Shown here piece after piece: positions 13,872 to 24,977 of a DNA stretch of 64,000 bases (positions are counted from its first letter, which is position 1; every line of letters begins with the position of its first letter). The stretch spans positions 701,481 to 765,480 of the forward strand of contig MU004232.1 of the NCBI GenBank assembly GCA_010405405.1, in the 5' to 3' direction. Made by a program: the position numbers and the translations under genes. This stretch comes from Microthyrium microscopicum. Taxonomy: Eukaryota. Under the pieces are notes generated by a model that was not told the origin of the DNA, searched no databases, and worked only from the letters and a program-made list of their open reading frames with translations.

Positions 13872-14566
13872 ATGTCTCGCTTCCCCATAACTTGTCACAA
13901 TTGTGGACAGTATGGCCATCAAGCTCGTAATTGCACTTACTGTGGCTGCCGCAACTGCGGCAAGCGTAAGTACTAGAAAGACTTCTGAACTACATCCTCA
14001 CTGACTCTATTTTGCAACAGTCGGTCATCACGCTGGTGTTTGCGCCAAGTTCAACTACGAGCAATCTCGATTTCCGACCTGGGCCAATCCGCCCGAATAC
14101 GATGGCCCTTCACGTCCACTGAACCCTGAAGCTTCGCGATTCCATCCTCCCCAAAACAAGCAGTTTTATGGAGCAGTCTCCTTTAGCAATTACAATCAGG
14201 CTATCTCCTACTACAACAACGCCAGCCCATACAACAGCGGGAACCTCCCATTACAGAGACGAGAGAGACCGCAGGCGTGCAATCTGTGTGACGAAGGCGA
14301 TCACGACATCTGGGACTGCTACTACATCAAGTGCTGCATCTGTCAGCAGCAGGGTCACTCTGCCAGTCGCTGCCCATATGACTATGAGGATCGCTATGGA
14401 CGGCATGCTTGCTTTTATTGCGGAAGTCGTAAGTTGTGATACTCTGAGGTTGATTGACAGGCGCTGACAAAGTATCGCAGTGAGACATCGCCAGAAGCAA
14501 TGTGCCTACCGTGGTCAGGCTCTTAGCGACCAAAAGAACGGACGAAGCAGTCAGGCACAATTCTAA
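13872..14566 (+). CDS. CCHC zinc-knuckle protein A (5 knuckles, PAM2-like motif); introns 13966-14020 and 14429-14480
   Basis: Manual splice gives CHNCGQYGHQARNC, CRNCGKLGHHAGVC, CNLCDEGDHDIWDC, CCICQQQGHSASRC and CFYCGSLRHRQKQC. Both GTAAGT...CTGAC...CAG introns restore exact CX2CX4HX4C spacing. Confidence 0.9.
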
Positions 14567-14878
14567 TGCAGGAGGTCATCTTTGGAATAAAGGAATTCTA
14601 CTAGAGGTCAGATAAGATGTCAATATGAAGCTGAGTAGCGGCTGTTGGGTCACTGTATCTGAGCATGTTAAATTCTTCAATTGCAACACTCTCCTTTCTG
14701 TGACCAACAATCCTTCTGACCTTGTCCATCTTCCATGTGATACTATTTCTTTCCTCGTCATTCTATTACCATCACTGTGACGCAATTCCGCAACAGTCGG
14801 CCGGAGCTCAAATTGCTCAATTCAAGTCTAGCCGTTTCGGTAATGAACCTCGTGCCCAATACCTCAGTTGGTCACTGC

Positions 14879-14931
14879 TGAGGCCGCCTGAGCTATAGCT
14901 CCTGCCATTCACTCCATTGAGGCCGCCTGAG
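14879..14931. repeat. 14-bp direct repeat TGAGGCCGCCTGAG x2 in the upstream region of knuckle gene B
   Basis: Copies at 14879-14892 and 14918-14931. Confidence 0.7.
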
Positions 14932-15327
14932 TCATCTCAGCCTGATGTCCTCATTCGCCAATTGATATCATCTGAGCTAACGCTGACCTCCTGCAATCAC
15001 TGCGGTCTCTCAAAAGAGCTTAGTCCTGCAGTCAATGGTGCTCATTTGGAAGGAGTGCAAGCAAGTGAAATTAAATATGGCCTCATTGAGTGAGATTTCA
15101 GTGACTAAAGATGGTCACTGCGTCCAGTGAAAGTCTCACGATAAGTGACGTTTTCCAAATTCTGATTCCCATCGACGACTATAAAGCCTCTTGAAGTCTC
15201 CCTCTCCTCCACTTCTTCTTCACACCACAACTTCAACAACAACAATTCTTCCTCCACACAGACAACTCTCACCAACAACAACTCCCACCACCACCAATCT
15301 TCCCAACTCCTGCTATATATAGCAAAA

Positions 15328-15844
15328 ATGTCTTCCTCAAACAACCAACAAAACGAATGCCAGAACTGTGGCGCATGTGAGTTTTACCTTATCTTTTTTG
15401 CTTCAAGTTACTAATGCGGTAACAGATGACCACGAGACCAACGCTTGCGACCAACCCTGTGGTCGTTGCAATATCTACGGTCACCGCTGGTCCCAGTGCC
15501 AGGATCACTGGCGCCCTCAAATCGCGAGGGACATAGCACGCGCTGCCCAAGGAGGGCAGGCGTCAGTCCAGGCGCCTGCCCGAGTGGGCCGCGGAGTGAT
15601 TTGCTTCCGGTGCCAGCGAACCGGCCACAAGGTGGAGAATTGCCCACTGACGGAGTGTCACGTTTGCAAGCAGAAGGGGCACATTGCGATGCATTGTCCC
15701 AATGATACGGGCAAGGCAGTTGCGGAGTCGAAATGCTACAACTGCGGTGAGAGTGAGTTTTTCTTCCATTATTGGAATGATGGACTTGTGCTAACTTCAC
15801 TTCCAGAGGGTCACAAGGCCAACAAGTGCCCAAAGAAGAAGTGA
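15328..15844 (+). CDS. CCHC zinc-knuckle protein B (5 knuckles); introns 15377-15425 and 15753-15806
   Basis: CQNCGAYDHETNAC, CGRCNIYGHRWSQC, CFRCQRTGHKVENC, CHVCKQKGHIAMHC and CYNCGEKGHKANKC. GTGAGT donors with CTAAY branch points. Confidence 0.9.
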
Positions 15845-16039
15845 GAATTCCTGGATTGGGTGGGATCAAAGTGATTCCCTATTAGCGTAGAAATGGCGTA
15901 GGACTGGAATTGGAAGCCTGGCTGGACATGTCTGGCAGGCGCTGTTAGATCAAAATAGAAGGTATATCATGGCTTTCTTCTCAAAATTTTGCTTTTCTTT
16001 TCTTCTCTTGTGTGATATCTTCCGTGTGAAAATTCTAAG

Positions 16040-16970
16040 TCAAAATATCTCCTCCCATCGCATTCGATCCCGGCTATCGCACTTGATGGGAGTTTGGCAC
16101 TATTCGCGTCCTCTTCAATTCTCTCATTTTCCATCAGTTTGTCTTAGATTTCCCCTCAAAAATGTACTAATTATTGCTTTGAACCGTGAATACACCGCAG
16201 TCGATGACGTTCATCGCACTCGAGAGTGGATTTTGCGCTTAATGAGACTCTCAAACTTGTGGGATATCCGCTACTTCTATGCCTTTTCTCTATTTTTCTG
16301 CAGATTTTTTGATATTTCGAAAGTGTAATGAAATAGCTGATTTTCCCATCGCATTCGATCCCAGCCATCGCACTCGATGGGAGTTTGGCGTTATTTGCCA
16401 CTCCTCCTGTTTCTAACAATTTTCTTCAATCTTCTATACTTTGGCCAGTTAAAAAGCAACAATTATTGCTTTCAACCATGTTCCCATCGCACTCGATCAC
16501 ACCCATCGCACTCGATATCGAATTCTGCGCCTAATGAGGCTCTCAAAGTGCTTGAAAGCTCAGCTCTATTCACGCCTTTTCTCCGGTTCTCTATATGTTT
16601 TCCATGTTTTTGATTTGTCGTGAAATGGCCAGAACTCCCATCGCATTCGATCCCAGCCATCGCAATCGATGGGAGTTTGGCACAATTTAACATCTCTTTA
16701 AAATCTGTCCATTTTCCATGAAATGACGGTCTGCTAGTCGTAAAATTGCAATATTTATTGAAGTCTGCCATACTCCCATCGCATTCGATCACAATTATCG
16801 CATTCGATGCTATGCATGCCAGTTATTCAGAGTCTCATAGTGCTCAGATCACCAGCTCCAATTCTGTCCTTTCCCCATTTTTCGCTGCTTTGCCTCACTG
16901 TTCTGAAGTGTTGCATAATTACCAATTGTCCATCGCATACGCTGGAGATTATCAGATGCGATGGGAGAAA
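16040..16970. repeat. Palindrome array 2: seven dimers of the 19-bp unit within a ~292-bp higher-order tandem repeat
   Basis: Dimers start at 16055, 16192, 16346, 16484, 16638, 16776 and 16930 (gaps 137/154/138/154/138/154). The major type reads CTCCCATCGCATTCGATCCCAGCCATCGCACTCGATGGGAGTTTGGC. Confidence 0.95.
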
Positions 16971-17262
16971 CAGGGCTTTATCAGAACTATTTCAAGTCGT
17001 CACAAATCTCGAATTGGGGACTTCATCAGATTTTACATCTGTGGTTGATGAAGTGTCGTTGTCAGTCGACAGCCTTATAGAAAATCTAGGCTTCGATGAT
17101 TGGTCTGCTTCAGAGCCACTAGCCAATGATGAAAAGGCCGCCTGAGAAACAAGGCTGAAGTTTGGGTGCCTTGCGCACATACGCGCGCGTCCATCTTCAA
17201 CCTCCACCACAAATTTGGCTGAAGTCCTCTCCATCTTTCCTCCATCACACAACTCCTTCATC

Positions 17263-18246
17263 ATGGGTATACCGTTCGACTACGCCCAAGACCGGCCCGA
17301 GAACATCGAAGCCATATTAAACGGCCTCGATCGTTACAATCCCGAAACCACCAAAATCTTTGAAGAATATGTCTTGCATCAGTGCGAAAACAAGACCTAC
17401 GACTGCTACGCCAACCTAGCACTCCTTAAACTGTACGTTTCTCCTAGATCGCATGCTCTAATCTTTCTGTTTAAATGATGATCAAATAACCACGTTTCCT
17501 ATTACCTGAGGATTCACTCCCCATGAAGATTTGTTTATTAGCTCTATCTGAAAATCACCCTCCTCACCCGCCCAATTTCAACGCACATATATCAGGGAGA
17601 GACTAACGCGCATCCTCAACTCTCTAGCTACCAATTCAACCCACCGCTAGCCCGCGACGAAACCATCACCAACATCCTCGTCAAATCCCTCACCGTCTTC
17701 CCCTCTCCAGACTTCAGTCTTTGTCTCTCACTCCTCCCCCCACACGTCCTCCAAAAATCCACATCGACCAGCCACTCGAACCCAGCAGCCGGCGACGCCC
17801 CGCTCACCGAGGCAGTCCAAAAGCTCAACTCGCTAAACAACCTGTTGGCATCGGGCGACTACACGTCCTTCTGGAACACATACGATGGCGACGATCTGTT
17901 CGCAGATTTGGTAGCGGATGTCGCTGGCTTCGAGGATATGATCCGGCTACGCATCATTCTCGCAGTCAGTCAAGCGTGGCGCGATATCAGCCTGGAAACG
18001 CTGGAGGAGTGGTTGAACGTGGACGGTAAAGACTTTGAGCACTTGATGGGTGTGGTGGGCTTCAAGGTTGAGGGTGAGACGGTTAAGGTCCCTTTGAATA
18101 AGGAGAATGAGGCCAAGGGAACTGTGATCCGCGAGAATGTCAAGTTCGACCGTAAGTTTACTTCATTGCCTGTTAGGTCCGGCTCGTTGCTAACATAAAC
18201 AGAATTCAATCGTGTCATACGGCGTGCTTTTGAACAGCCTGCGTAA
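17263..18246 (+). CDS. eIF3k: Translation initiation factor eIF3 subunit K; introns 17433-17627 and ~18152-18202
   Basis: [64 protein letters not shown] and [17 protein letters not shown]. Confidence 0.95.
17470..17555 (+). ncRNA. Intronic box C/D snoRNA, predicted guide for 18S rRNA 2'-O-methylation (site equivalent to human Am166, SNORD44-like)
   Basis: Box C ATGATGA 17475, D' CTGA 17506, C' ATGAAGA 17523, D CTGA 17548. Guide TATTAGCTCTA before box D is complementary to the conserved 18S sequence TAGAGCTAATA. It lies in an enlarged 195-nt intron. Confidence 0.85.
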
Positions 18247-18524
18247 GGTCGGCATGGTTGGCATTCGAGAACTGTATTATGAGTTATGTGCAAAGGTAGT
18301 CATGACCGTATGGGTGACTAGAATCAAAAAATCATGCATTTACGCCATTTCTTCCGCTGCCATGCGATGGCCCACAAGGCTACTTTGTGCCTGTCTCTTC
18401 TCTTAGTCGCCAAAAGCTGAGATCTTAGCTTGCTTGACGCACGAGATGCTGCATTCCTACTATACGCGATCCATGCTGCCGCTGCGTAGCCCCGGTTCTA
18501 AGTACACATCTCTGGTGCTAACAT

Positions 18525-19793
18525 TTACCGTCCACCCTTCTGTACCTCCTCCCACTGCACGCCGACCCACTCCTCTCCATACCCAACATTGCCCTCCTCT
18601 GCAAGCGCACAATCCACCCCACAAACACCAACAATGACCGTTCCCCACTCCATCCCATCCACACCCATCTCCTCCTCCTCCAGCTCCGTAATCGCATGCG
18701 GCGTCAACTGTACCTCGAATACTCGTTGGGCCCCACAGCGGGTACATCGCGGCATCCGCGAGCCTTCTGAGGCCGTCACCACCAACTTGCCCTCTCCCGA
18801 AGTAGATGGAGTGAGCAACTTACCGACAGCATCGGTATTACTATAGAGTACTGGTGCGCCGCCAAATTCATAGCGCAGCACTTGTTCTGGATTCTGCGCC
18901 ATTCGGTCCGCGAACTTTTGGAAAGTCTTGTCCATGCTGGATTCGAAGAGGTCTTCTACGCGGCCGCTGGTGCCGCCACCACTGGAGTCGGTGTCAATCG
19001 TGGGAAGGCTTTGCTTGGGGGTAGGTGGGGCGGAGAGGGTTTCGTAGTCCGCGTCAAGGTGGTAGTGTGGGAAGGGCGCTGAGAGTTGGTCCAGTGTTGG
19101 CCAGGGTTCGTGCGGTGGCTCGTGCGAGGGTGGTGGAGTGGAGAGACGGGCTTTGGACGCGAATGTTTCAGGGAGGGTGGTTATGTCTGAGGTAGTAGAG
19201 TCTGTGTTCGCGGATGGTTTGCTCGTGGGCGCGGCGGTTGCGAAGGGGGTAGCGGCGAAGGGATTTGCTTTGTTGACTGCGGTGCTTGTTGCGAAGGGAT
19301 TGGTGCGTTGTGTCGTTGATGAGGATACACCGAAGAGTTGCGCGCCAACATTGATGGATGGTTTGGCTGGTTCTGGAGTTGATTGTGGCTTTGATGGAGT
19401 CGGGGCGACCTTGGATATGCGGTTTCCGCGCATCGCTCGTATGCTGCCATCTTTGCGCCGACATGGCTTTCGTCGGCAAGCGAAGATGTAGAGCCAGCGC
19501 TCATGGCCAGGAAACTTGCTGGGGAGGTCACCGTTGAGTTGGAGCAGGAGGGAGCAATTATCATTGCAGACTTTGCATTTCGCAAGCGATCCGGAAGGCG
19601 TTGTCTTTGAGTCTAACCATGTCTAAGAATTCATTAGCATTGGAGCTATAGGTTTTGGGCCTCGTCATACTGGAGTGCCGCCCAAATGGCTTGTACTGTC
19701 GTCAGTTGGTTCTTTGCTGGCATAACCAAGAAGGGTGAGAGTTTCTGTGTAAGGCTGATCCTCTCCGGCGGATGAATCGCTATCGTAATCCAT
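18525..19793 (-). CDS. TSR4: PDCD2-C domain protein (Tsr4-like); intron ~19623-19670
   Basis: TLLGYA, HLGGTP|TWLD, CKVC...LLLQLNGD, FQKFADRMAQNPEQVLRYEFGGAP, FEVQLTP and GMEWGTVIVGVC. Confidence 0.93.
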
Positions 19794-20153
19794 GGCAAGG
19801 TAGTCGTTCTTACTTTTGATTTTTCTCCCTCATAAAAAGTTGAAGCAGTTGTAAAAGTAAAGATGCTTATCGATAACAGGCCGCCGCTAGCACTACTCTA
19901 AGCCTAACATAGCCTAGCGTTACTTCCCACAACATTGCCCAACTTCACTGAATCTGATCTCAGCCTGACAGCAACGACGATACCACCCAAATGCGAAAAT
20001 CTCATTGTCCTCATCATTGATAGTGGAAGCTGTAAACTATAGCAAAGATGACTCGAACAAGGTTCTAGGGCTCCACAAAACCATTACGATCCTCCAACTA
20101 TTCTGAGGAACACAGGCCGCACCAGGCTGAGCTGCTACGGCTCCAAGACCAGA

Positions 20154-21855
20154 ATGAGGCTCCTGAATGTGCACACATCACAATTAGAGGAATTTTTCGG
20201 CATGAATATACCAGACTACGCCATCTTATCTCACACGTCGAACGAGGAGGAGGTTACCTTTTCTGAAATTGGTACTCAAGAAGCAACGCGAAAGAAAGGC
20301 TTCAAAAAGATCGACTTTGCTTGCAAGCAAGCCATTAAAGATAAGTCGACATATATCTGGATCGACACATGCTGTATTGGTACGTCGTTCTCAACTTGTT
20401 TCGACTGCGGATGGGATGATCCCCATCGCATGTTGAAGTCATTCCACATAAGAGTGCATAAATCATGGCCCCACAGTCCCATCAACGGTCAACCTTGCTT
20501 GGTGGTCTCGCAATAAATTTAGTTAGCGCAAGGCTTCTGCTTCTTGCAACGCTTTTGCGACTAATTCCTGTCAATTCTAGGTTCTGAGCTAATATTCATG
20601 CAGACAAAACCAGTAGCTGTTTGGTGTTGCTATCCCCTTACTATATGGCCAAGGCACCAAATCCTTCCTCTGTCTCCAGGAAGAAACCACAGAGTTTCAC
20701 AAGATGAGTCTATCCTTGCATGGGGCTTCGTTGACAAAACAATATTCTCTTTTGGTTGCCTCGATCAAGAAATACACCCTTTGTATCAAGATTATACGTT
20801 TCTAGGCGGGTTCTTTCCCCTATATGGAAATGGAGGCTTTGCTATTTCACCACGACAGTTTTATAATCCATTAAGCAGCGCTCAGATAGTTCCTCGTTGG
20901 TCTATCAACTCACTACACCAGTGTTCATGACTAATAGAGGTTTACAAATGACCCTCCCGTTGATCTGGTTGGACGAAAAGCAAGCTGTCAAGATAATTGG
21001 TCACGCTTTGAGATTTTCCAACTTGTGGACAGATCCAGATCAGCTGCAAGCAATGTTGGATTATTGGGATGCTAGGGTCTCCAGAAGCACTCCATCAAGC
21101 ACGCAGTTAGTGGCCATCGGGTTATTGTCCTGCCAAACGAATTCTCAGGACTTCATTATCATGATGCTATTTCCGACTTTCAGGCGATATCCCACTATTC
21201 ACTGTGGCAGTATCTCATGCCATCGCCCTTAGTTCAGAACAAAGAACGATTCACATCCAGAAATATACTCCATCCGTCTGTTTTCGAGAACGGCCATTAT
21301 CTCAGGAACGCACATTCTATAGCGTCAGTGTTTCAACAACAGCCATTGCAAACATTGGTTATGGAATAATCAAAGTGGTAATTCCTCACCCATATCTCAA
21401 TCATGTCGGGGCTCCTCATAACTATGTATGGGACAAAGGTCACCATCATGACAGACCTGAAAGTGTAAACTCTGTGAAGTCTGCGCCTGCCTGGGAACAG
21501 GAATCACAGACCATCTTCCTTAGCCGCGACCGCCTAGAAGCGGTAATACTAAATCTTAGACTCGCGAGCTATTCAAGAAATAGTAGGTTTACTACTACCT
21601 TGGGAGGAGGAAAAGGAAAAAGTCGTCACGAAGACCTTGCAAATCCCTTGCAATCGCGACACAAATGTTAACCTGAACAATTTTATTCAAACTAATGAGC
21701 TAGAAATTATCGAATCATACGGTCCGCAAAACATGCAAAGCTCGTTTGATACCGATAAGAAAGAAGACGCGCTTGACATTTCAGTCTCTTGCGACATTCG
21801 TGAGATTTTCAACCAGCAGATATACTCAGTAAAGTTTGCAATGAAAGGCGAGTAA
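20154..21855 (+). pseudogene. Decayed HET-domain (heterokaryon incompatibility-like) gene
   Basis: MRLLNV...YAILSHT(W>S)...YIWIDTCCI|DKTSS across intron 20380-20603. The HET core is then missing, and downstream remnants (DESILAW, FMTNRGLQMTLPL) lie in shifting frames. Confidence 0.8.
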
Positions 21856-23309
21856 GGACACGGGTCGTTCTTTGAGGACGTCTTTCTTCTTTCACAACAA
21901 GAATTTCGCCTCGAGTACTGTCCATGTGAGAGCATTGAATATAGCAGGGTCTTCAATTGAGATGCAACCATGGTCGCAAGACAAACCGAGTTCCTGCAGG
22001 TGTATCATGCTATGGCCCCCTTCCTCTTCTGATTCTATCGTCGCGGCGACCTGAACATACAATCCTACTGCACCAAATGCCACCGATGCTTCGAATCCAG
22101 GACCAAGCCGGAAGTTTCAATCCAGCCGTAGAGCTCCCGCACAACACCGCCCAGCTTTACCACAGACTGTGCACAACTACCCGATCTTGCACCTCGGAGT
22201 CTTCTATCTGGACTCTCAGACGAATCCCATGTGGACCTCGAAAGCCTCCCGGCTCGTATCACATCTGGACTCTCGAGTGGTTACAATGTTGAACCCACGA
22301 GCCCACCAGATGTAACAGCACCCACGCCGTGAAAGAAGCGCCAATCAAAGAAGCCCCTATTGATATGGGATATTCAGGATGCCCCTAAATAACCTGAACC
22401 TATTCCGCCGCCGCCAACACCAGAACTCTTGGAATCTACTACCTTGGAACTGCTCCAGATCAAATACAGGAGTCGCTGGCAAAATCGTTAGGCGCATAAC
22501 CCCGATGTGACTCTGTGTTGCTAAAAAGCGTTTGCTGGCATGGATCTAGCAACAGGCGAAGTTGATGAGGCAAAGCGGCTCATACAATACCAAGATTCCC
22601 ACCATTCGGATACATGCAATGCCTTGTAGGAAAGTTTTGGGGTAGCAAAGACGAGAATAATATCGGTAAGCCGTTCGTACATGAATTCGCGGTTGTTGGC
22701 GGCCTTAGAAGTCAAAAACTCCTAACATTTCCCTCACTTCCTTCACATTGATGGGTCAGCGCATTTAGGCAATAAATCGCTTGCTTTAGCTTTGAAAGCC
22801 GTTTCGACATTTCTAGGAGAGCTGTTCACTCTGTTAAAAACTGAAAATAAAGTAGGTGGGCCTTTCGAGGAATTCATTTCCATTTCTGTATGTTTGCTCT
22901 GAACTTGATCTCTCATGTTCTTCCATTGCGGCTAATTTTTGTTACTCGGAATTGACAATAAGGCTGTCTCATATTGTTGTTTCATTGTTGAGTTGTAATC
23001 AGTCGCTCTTGCCCTGCTGATACATGGCTGACTGCTAATTGACCACATGGCAGGCAGAAATGGCAATTGAGGCCGGAAGGCTGGATTCTCAGCCATTTGA
23101 TTGGCTGTAAGACTTGAGTCAAATGCAGCTTCCCGATATGACAGGTACTCCTCTCGTGCTCTAGTCTGCTTGCATGTGTGTGCTCTGAGGTTTCGATTTG
23201 CTTCTACTTGGAATTGATCTTCCTCCTTCTTTATCCTACTCTTCTTTTTCTCCTCCAACTTTCATTCTACATCGCACAAATCGCTTACCAATATTCATCG
23301 CCAAACGCT

Positions 23310-24977
23310 ATGGCACCAATAGCGCCCAAACCAGCCAAAAGGCCAGCCTCACGATCTCACATACACGGAATCAGCAAGAAAAAGCGCTTGTCCAACAAAA
23401 CTGCCAGCTCTGACAACCCGCCTCTCAAATGGATCTGGACCGGCACCAAAACTCGTGCCGTATATCATCCAGTGACTGCCGGCAAATGGTGGTCCCGGAC
23501 CAAGGAGTATTTTGACAGCATGACCCTCGAGCAAAAAAATAATTGGAGCCACGTTGGACGCATCATGGAGACTGAACTTGGCGAGGAGAGAATCGGCGAT
23601 GATCGTTGCAACTGCTGCTTGGACAAAGACCGTAGATGCTGGGTCTATACTGAGCGTGCTAAACGTGAGATTGCGAACCCGGGCGAAAGATGTGTAGAGT
23701 GCCGGCTGAAGGTTAAGGGAACTGCTTGTAGTTTCATCACGCGATTTGGACCAGGTGGAAAGAAGAAGAAGGGTGTGGAAGCTAATGCTCAGACTGAGAT
23801 TGACGCTGAAGAGAGTCCTGCTGTGGAAGATGTCGACGAGGATGAAACTCCGCAGGTTAGTCCCTCTCGGTTTTTTACCGCAATCAACTCTAATGCGGCG
23901 GCCGCTAAGAGGTTGAGTCTTGCTGCGCTTGATAGCGATTCCTCAGATGTCGAGATATCCAAGATCAACGTCAGCGTTCCGAATATCAGCACCAGCGTCC
24001 CGGGTAACGACTTCGACGATCCGGATGATAGTGTCAACCTTCTTGATGACAACGTCAATATTCCAAATGCCAATGTCCACACCCTGAATCCCACCATCAC
24101 AAATTTCGACGGCTTCAATCTCAACGGCCCAGCAATACCTAATGCTCAAGTCTTAGAAATGGCCCAGGACACCAACGACTATGCGCCAGCTATCATCCTC
24201 AGCTCTGATCCATCTGCCAATGATGGAGTCTATCAAGCCTTCGGAACTGAGAAAAGCCCAGCGAGCCAGTCTGGCATCGGCCCTCCGTCAGCCCCAAGAA
24301 CCGTCAACTCTCCGGACGTGACTCCATCTCGACCGTCCTCATCCGCTTCCAGTACAAGAAAATCCTCAATGCGCACTTCCCGCATCATTTCAAACTACTC
24401 ACTGCGCTCCAAGAGTTTGCATTCCAAGAGTCCGCCTGCTAAGTCACCTCCAGCGCGTTCAAGATTGCTAGACCTAGCTCCTGCTCTGTCAGAGATATCT
24501 GCATCCGAGTCGCCTGATTTCATCGACACCTCTATGCCTTACAATGGTGCATGCGCCGCGCCGTCGCCGCCAGAAGCTATTTCGACTATGAGCAGCGATG
24601 GATCATTTCTCTCCAACATCGACGATGCATCTCTTCCTTCCACTCCTAGTGGATATGATCCCACTTCACCCTCGTATCTCGGCGTAGGCCATCCCTCCCC
24701 AATGACACTTTCTCCGGATCATGACTCTGGATTATCGCACATGCCAACTTCAGCATTCCAGTCAGAAGCACCTATCGGCCAAGGACCCAAACCTGCCAAA
24801 CAACAGTACCCCGGCCGTTGGGCTACTCTCGAAGAATTCCTAGCTTGGCTTAAGAAGCCTATACAGCAAGACCCGCGCTGGTCTAACCATGAGGAGTTCA
24901 TGGCGTATCTCGATAAACCGATTGGACAGCTACCTCGTCTCCCCGATGACTTGCTCCAGCTATTGAATAGTCGTTGA
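23310..24977 (+). CDS. Orphan protein with a Cys6 cluster, Ser/Pro-rich disordered middle and duplicated C-terminal motif
   Basis: 555-codon intronless ORF from ATG 23310. Basic N-terminus, CNCC...C...CVEC...C, and RWATLEEFLAWLKKPIQQDP followed by RWSNHEEFMAYLDKPIGQLP. Confidence 0.8.
   Translation: MAPIAPKPAKRPASRSHIHGISKKKRLSNKTASSDNPPLKWIWTGTKTRAVYHPVTAGKWWSRTKEYFDSMTLEQKNNWSHVGRIMETELGEERIGDDRCNCCLDKDRRCWVYTERAKREIANPGERCVECRLKVKGTACSFITRFGPGGKKKKGVEANAQTEIDAEESPAVEDVDEDETPQVSPSRFFTAINSNAAAAKRLSLAALDSDSSDVEISKINVSVPNISTSVPGNDFDDPDDSVNLLDDNVNIPNANVHTLNPTITNFDGFNLNGPAIPNAQVLEMAQDTNDYAPAIILSSDPSANDGVYQAFGTEKSPASQSGIGPPSAPRTVNSPDVTPSRPSSSASSTRKSSMRTSRIISNYSLRSKSLHSKSPPAKSPPARSRLLDLAPALSEISASESPDFIDTSMPYNGACAAPSPPEAISTMSSDGSFLSNIDDASLPSTPSGYDPTSPSYLGVGHPSPMTLSPDHDSGLSHMPTSAFQSEAPIGQGPKPAKQQYPGRWATLEEFLAWLKKPIQQDPRWSNHEEFMAYLDKPIGQLPRLPDDLLQLLNSR

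Noticed and set aside
16040..16970. CRISPR-like array (regularly spaced palindromic repeats)
   Set aside because: The linkers are ~100-120 bp and homologous to each other rather than unique spacers, there are no cas genes, and the context is eukaryotic.
15969..17145. ORFs with recurring IECDG / LPSHS peptides (also at 26675-27020 and 34470-35290)
   Set aside because: These are translations of the DNA palindrome in several frames on both strands; two of the loci are introns.
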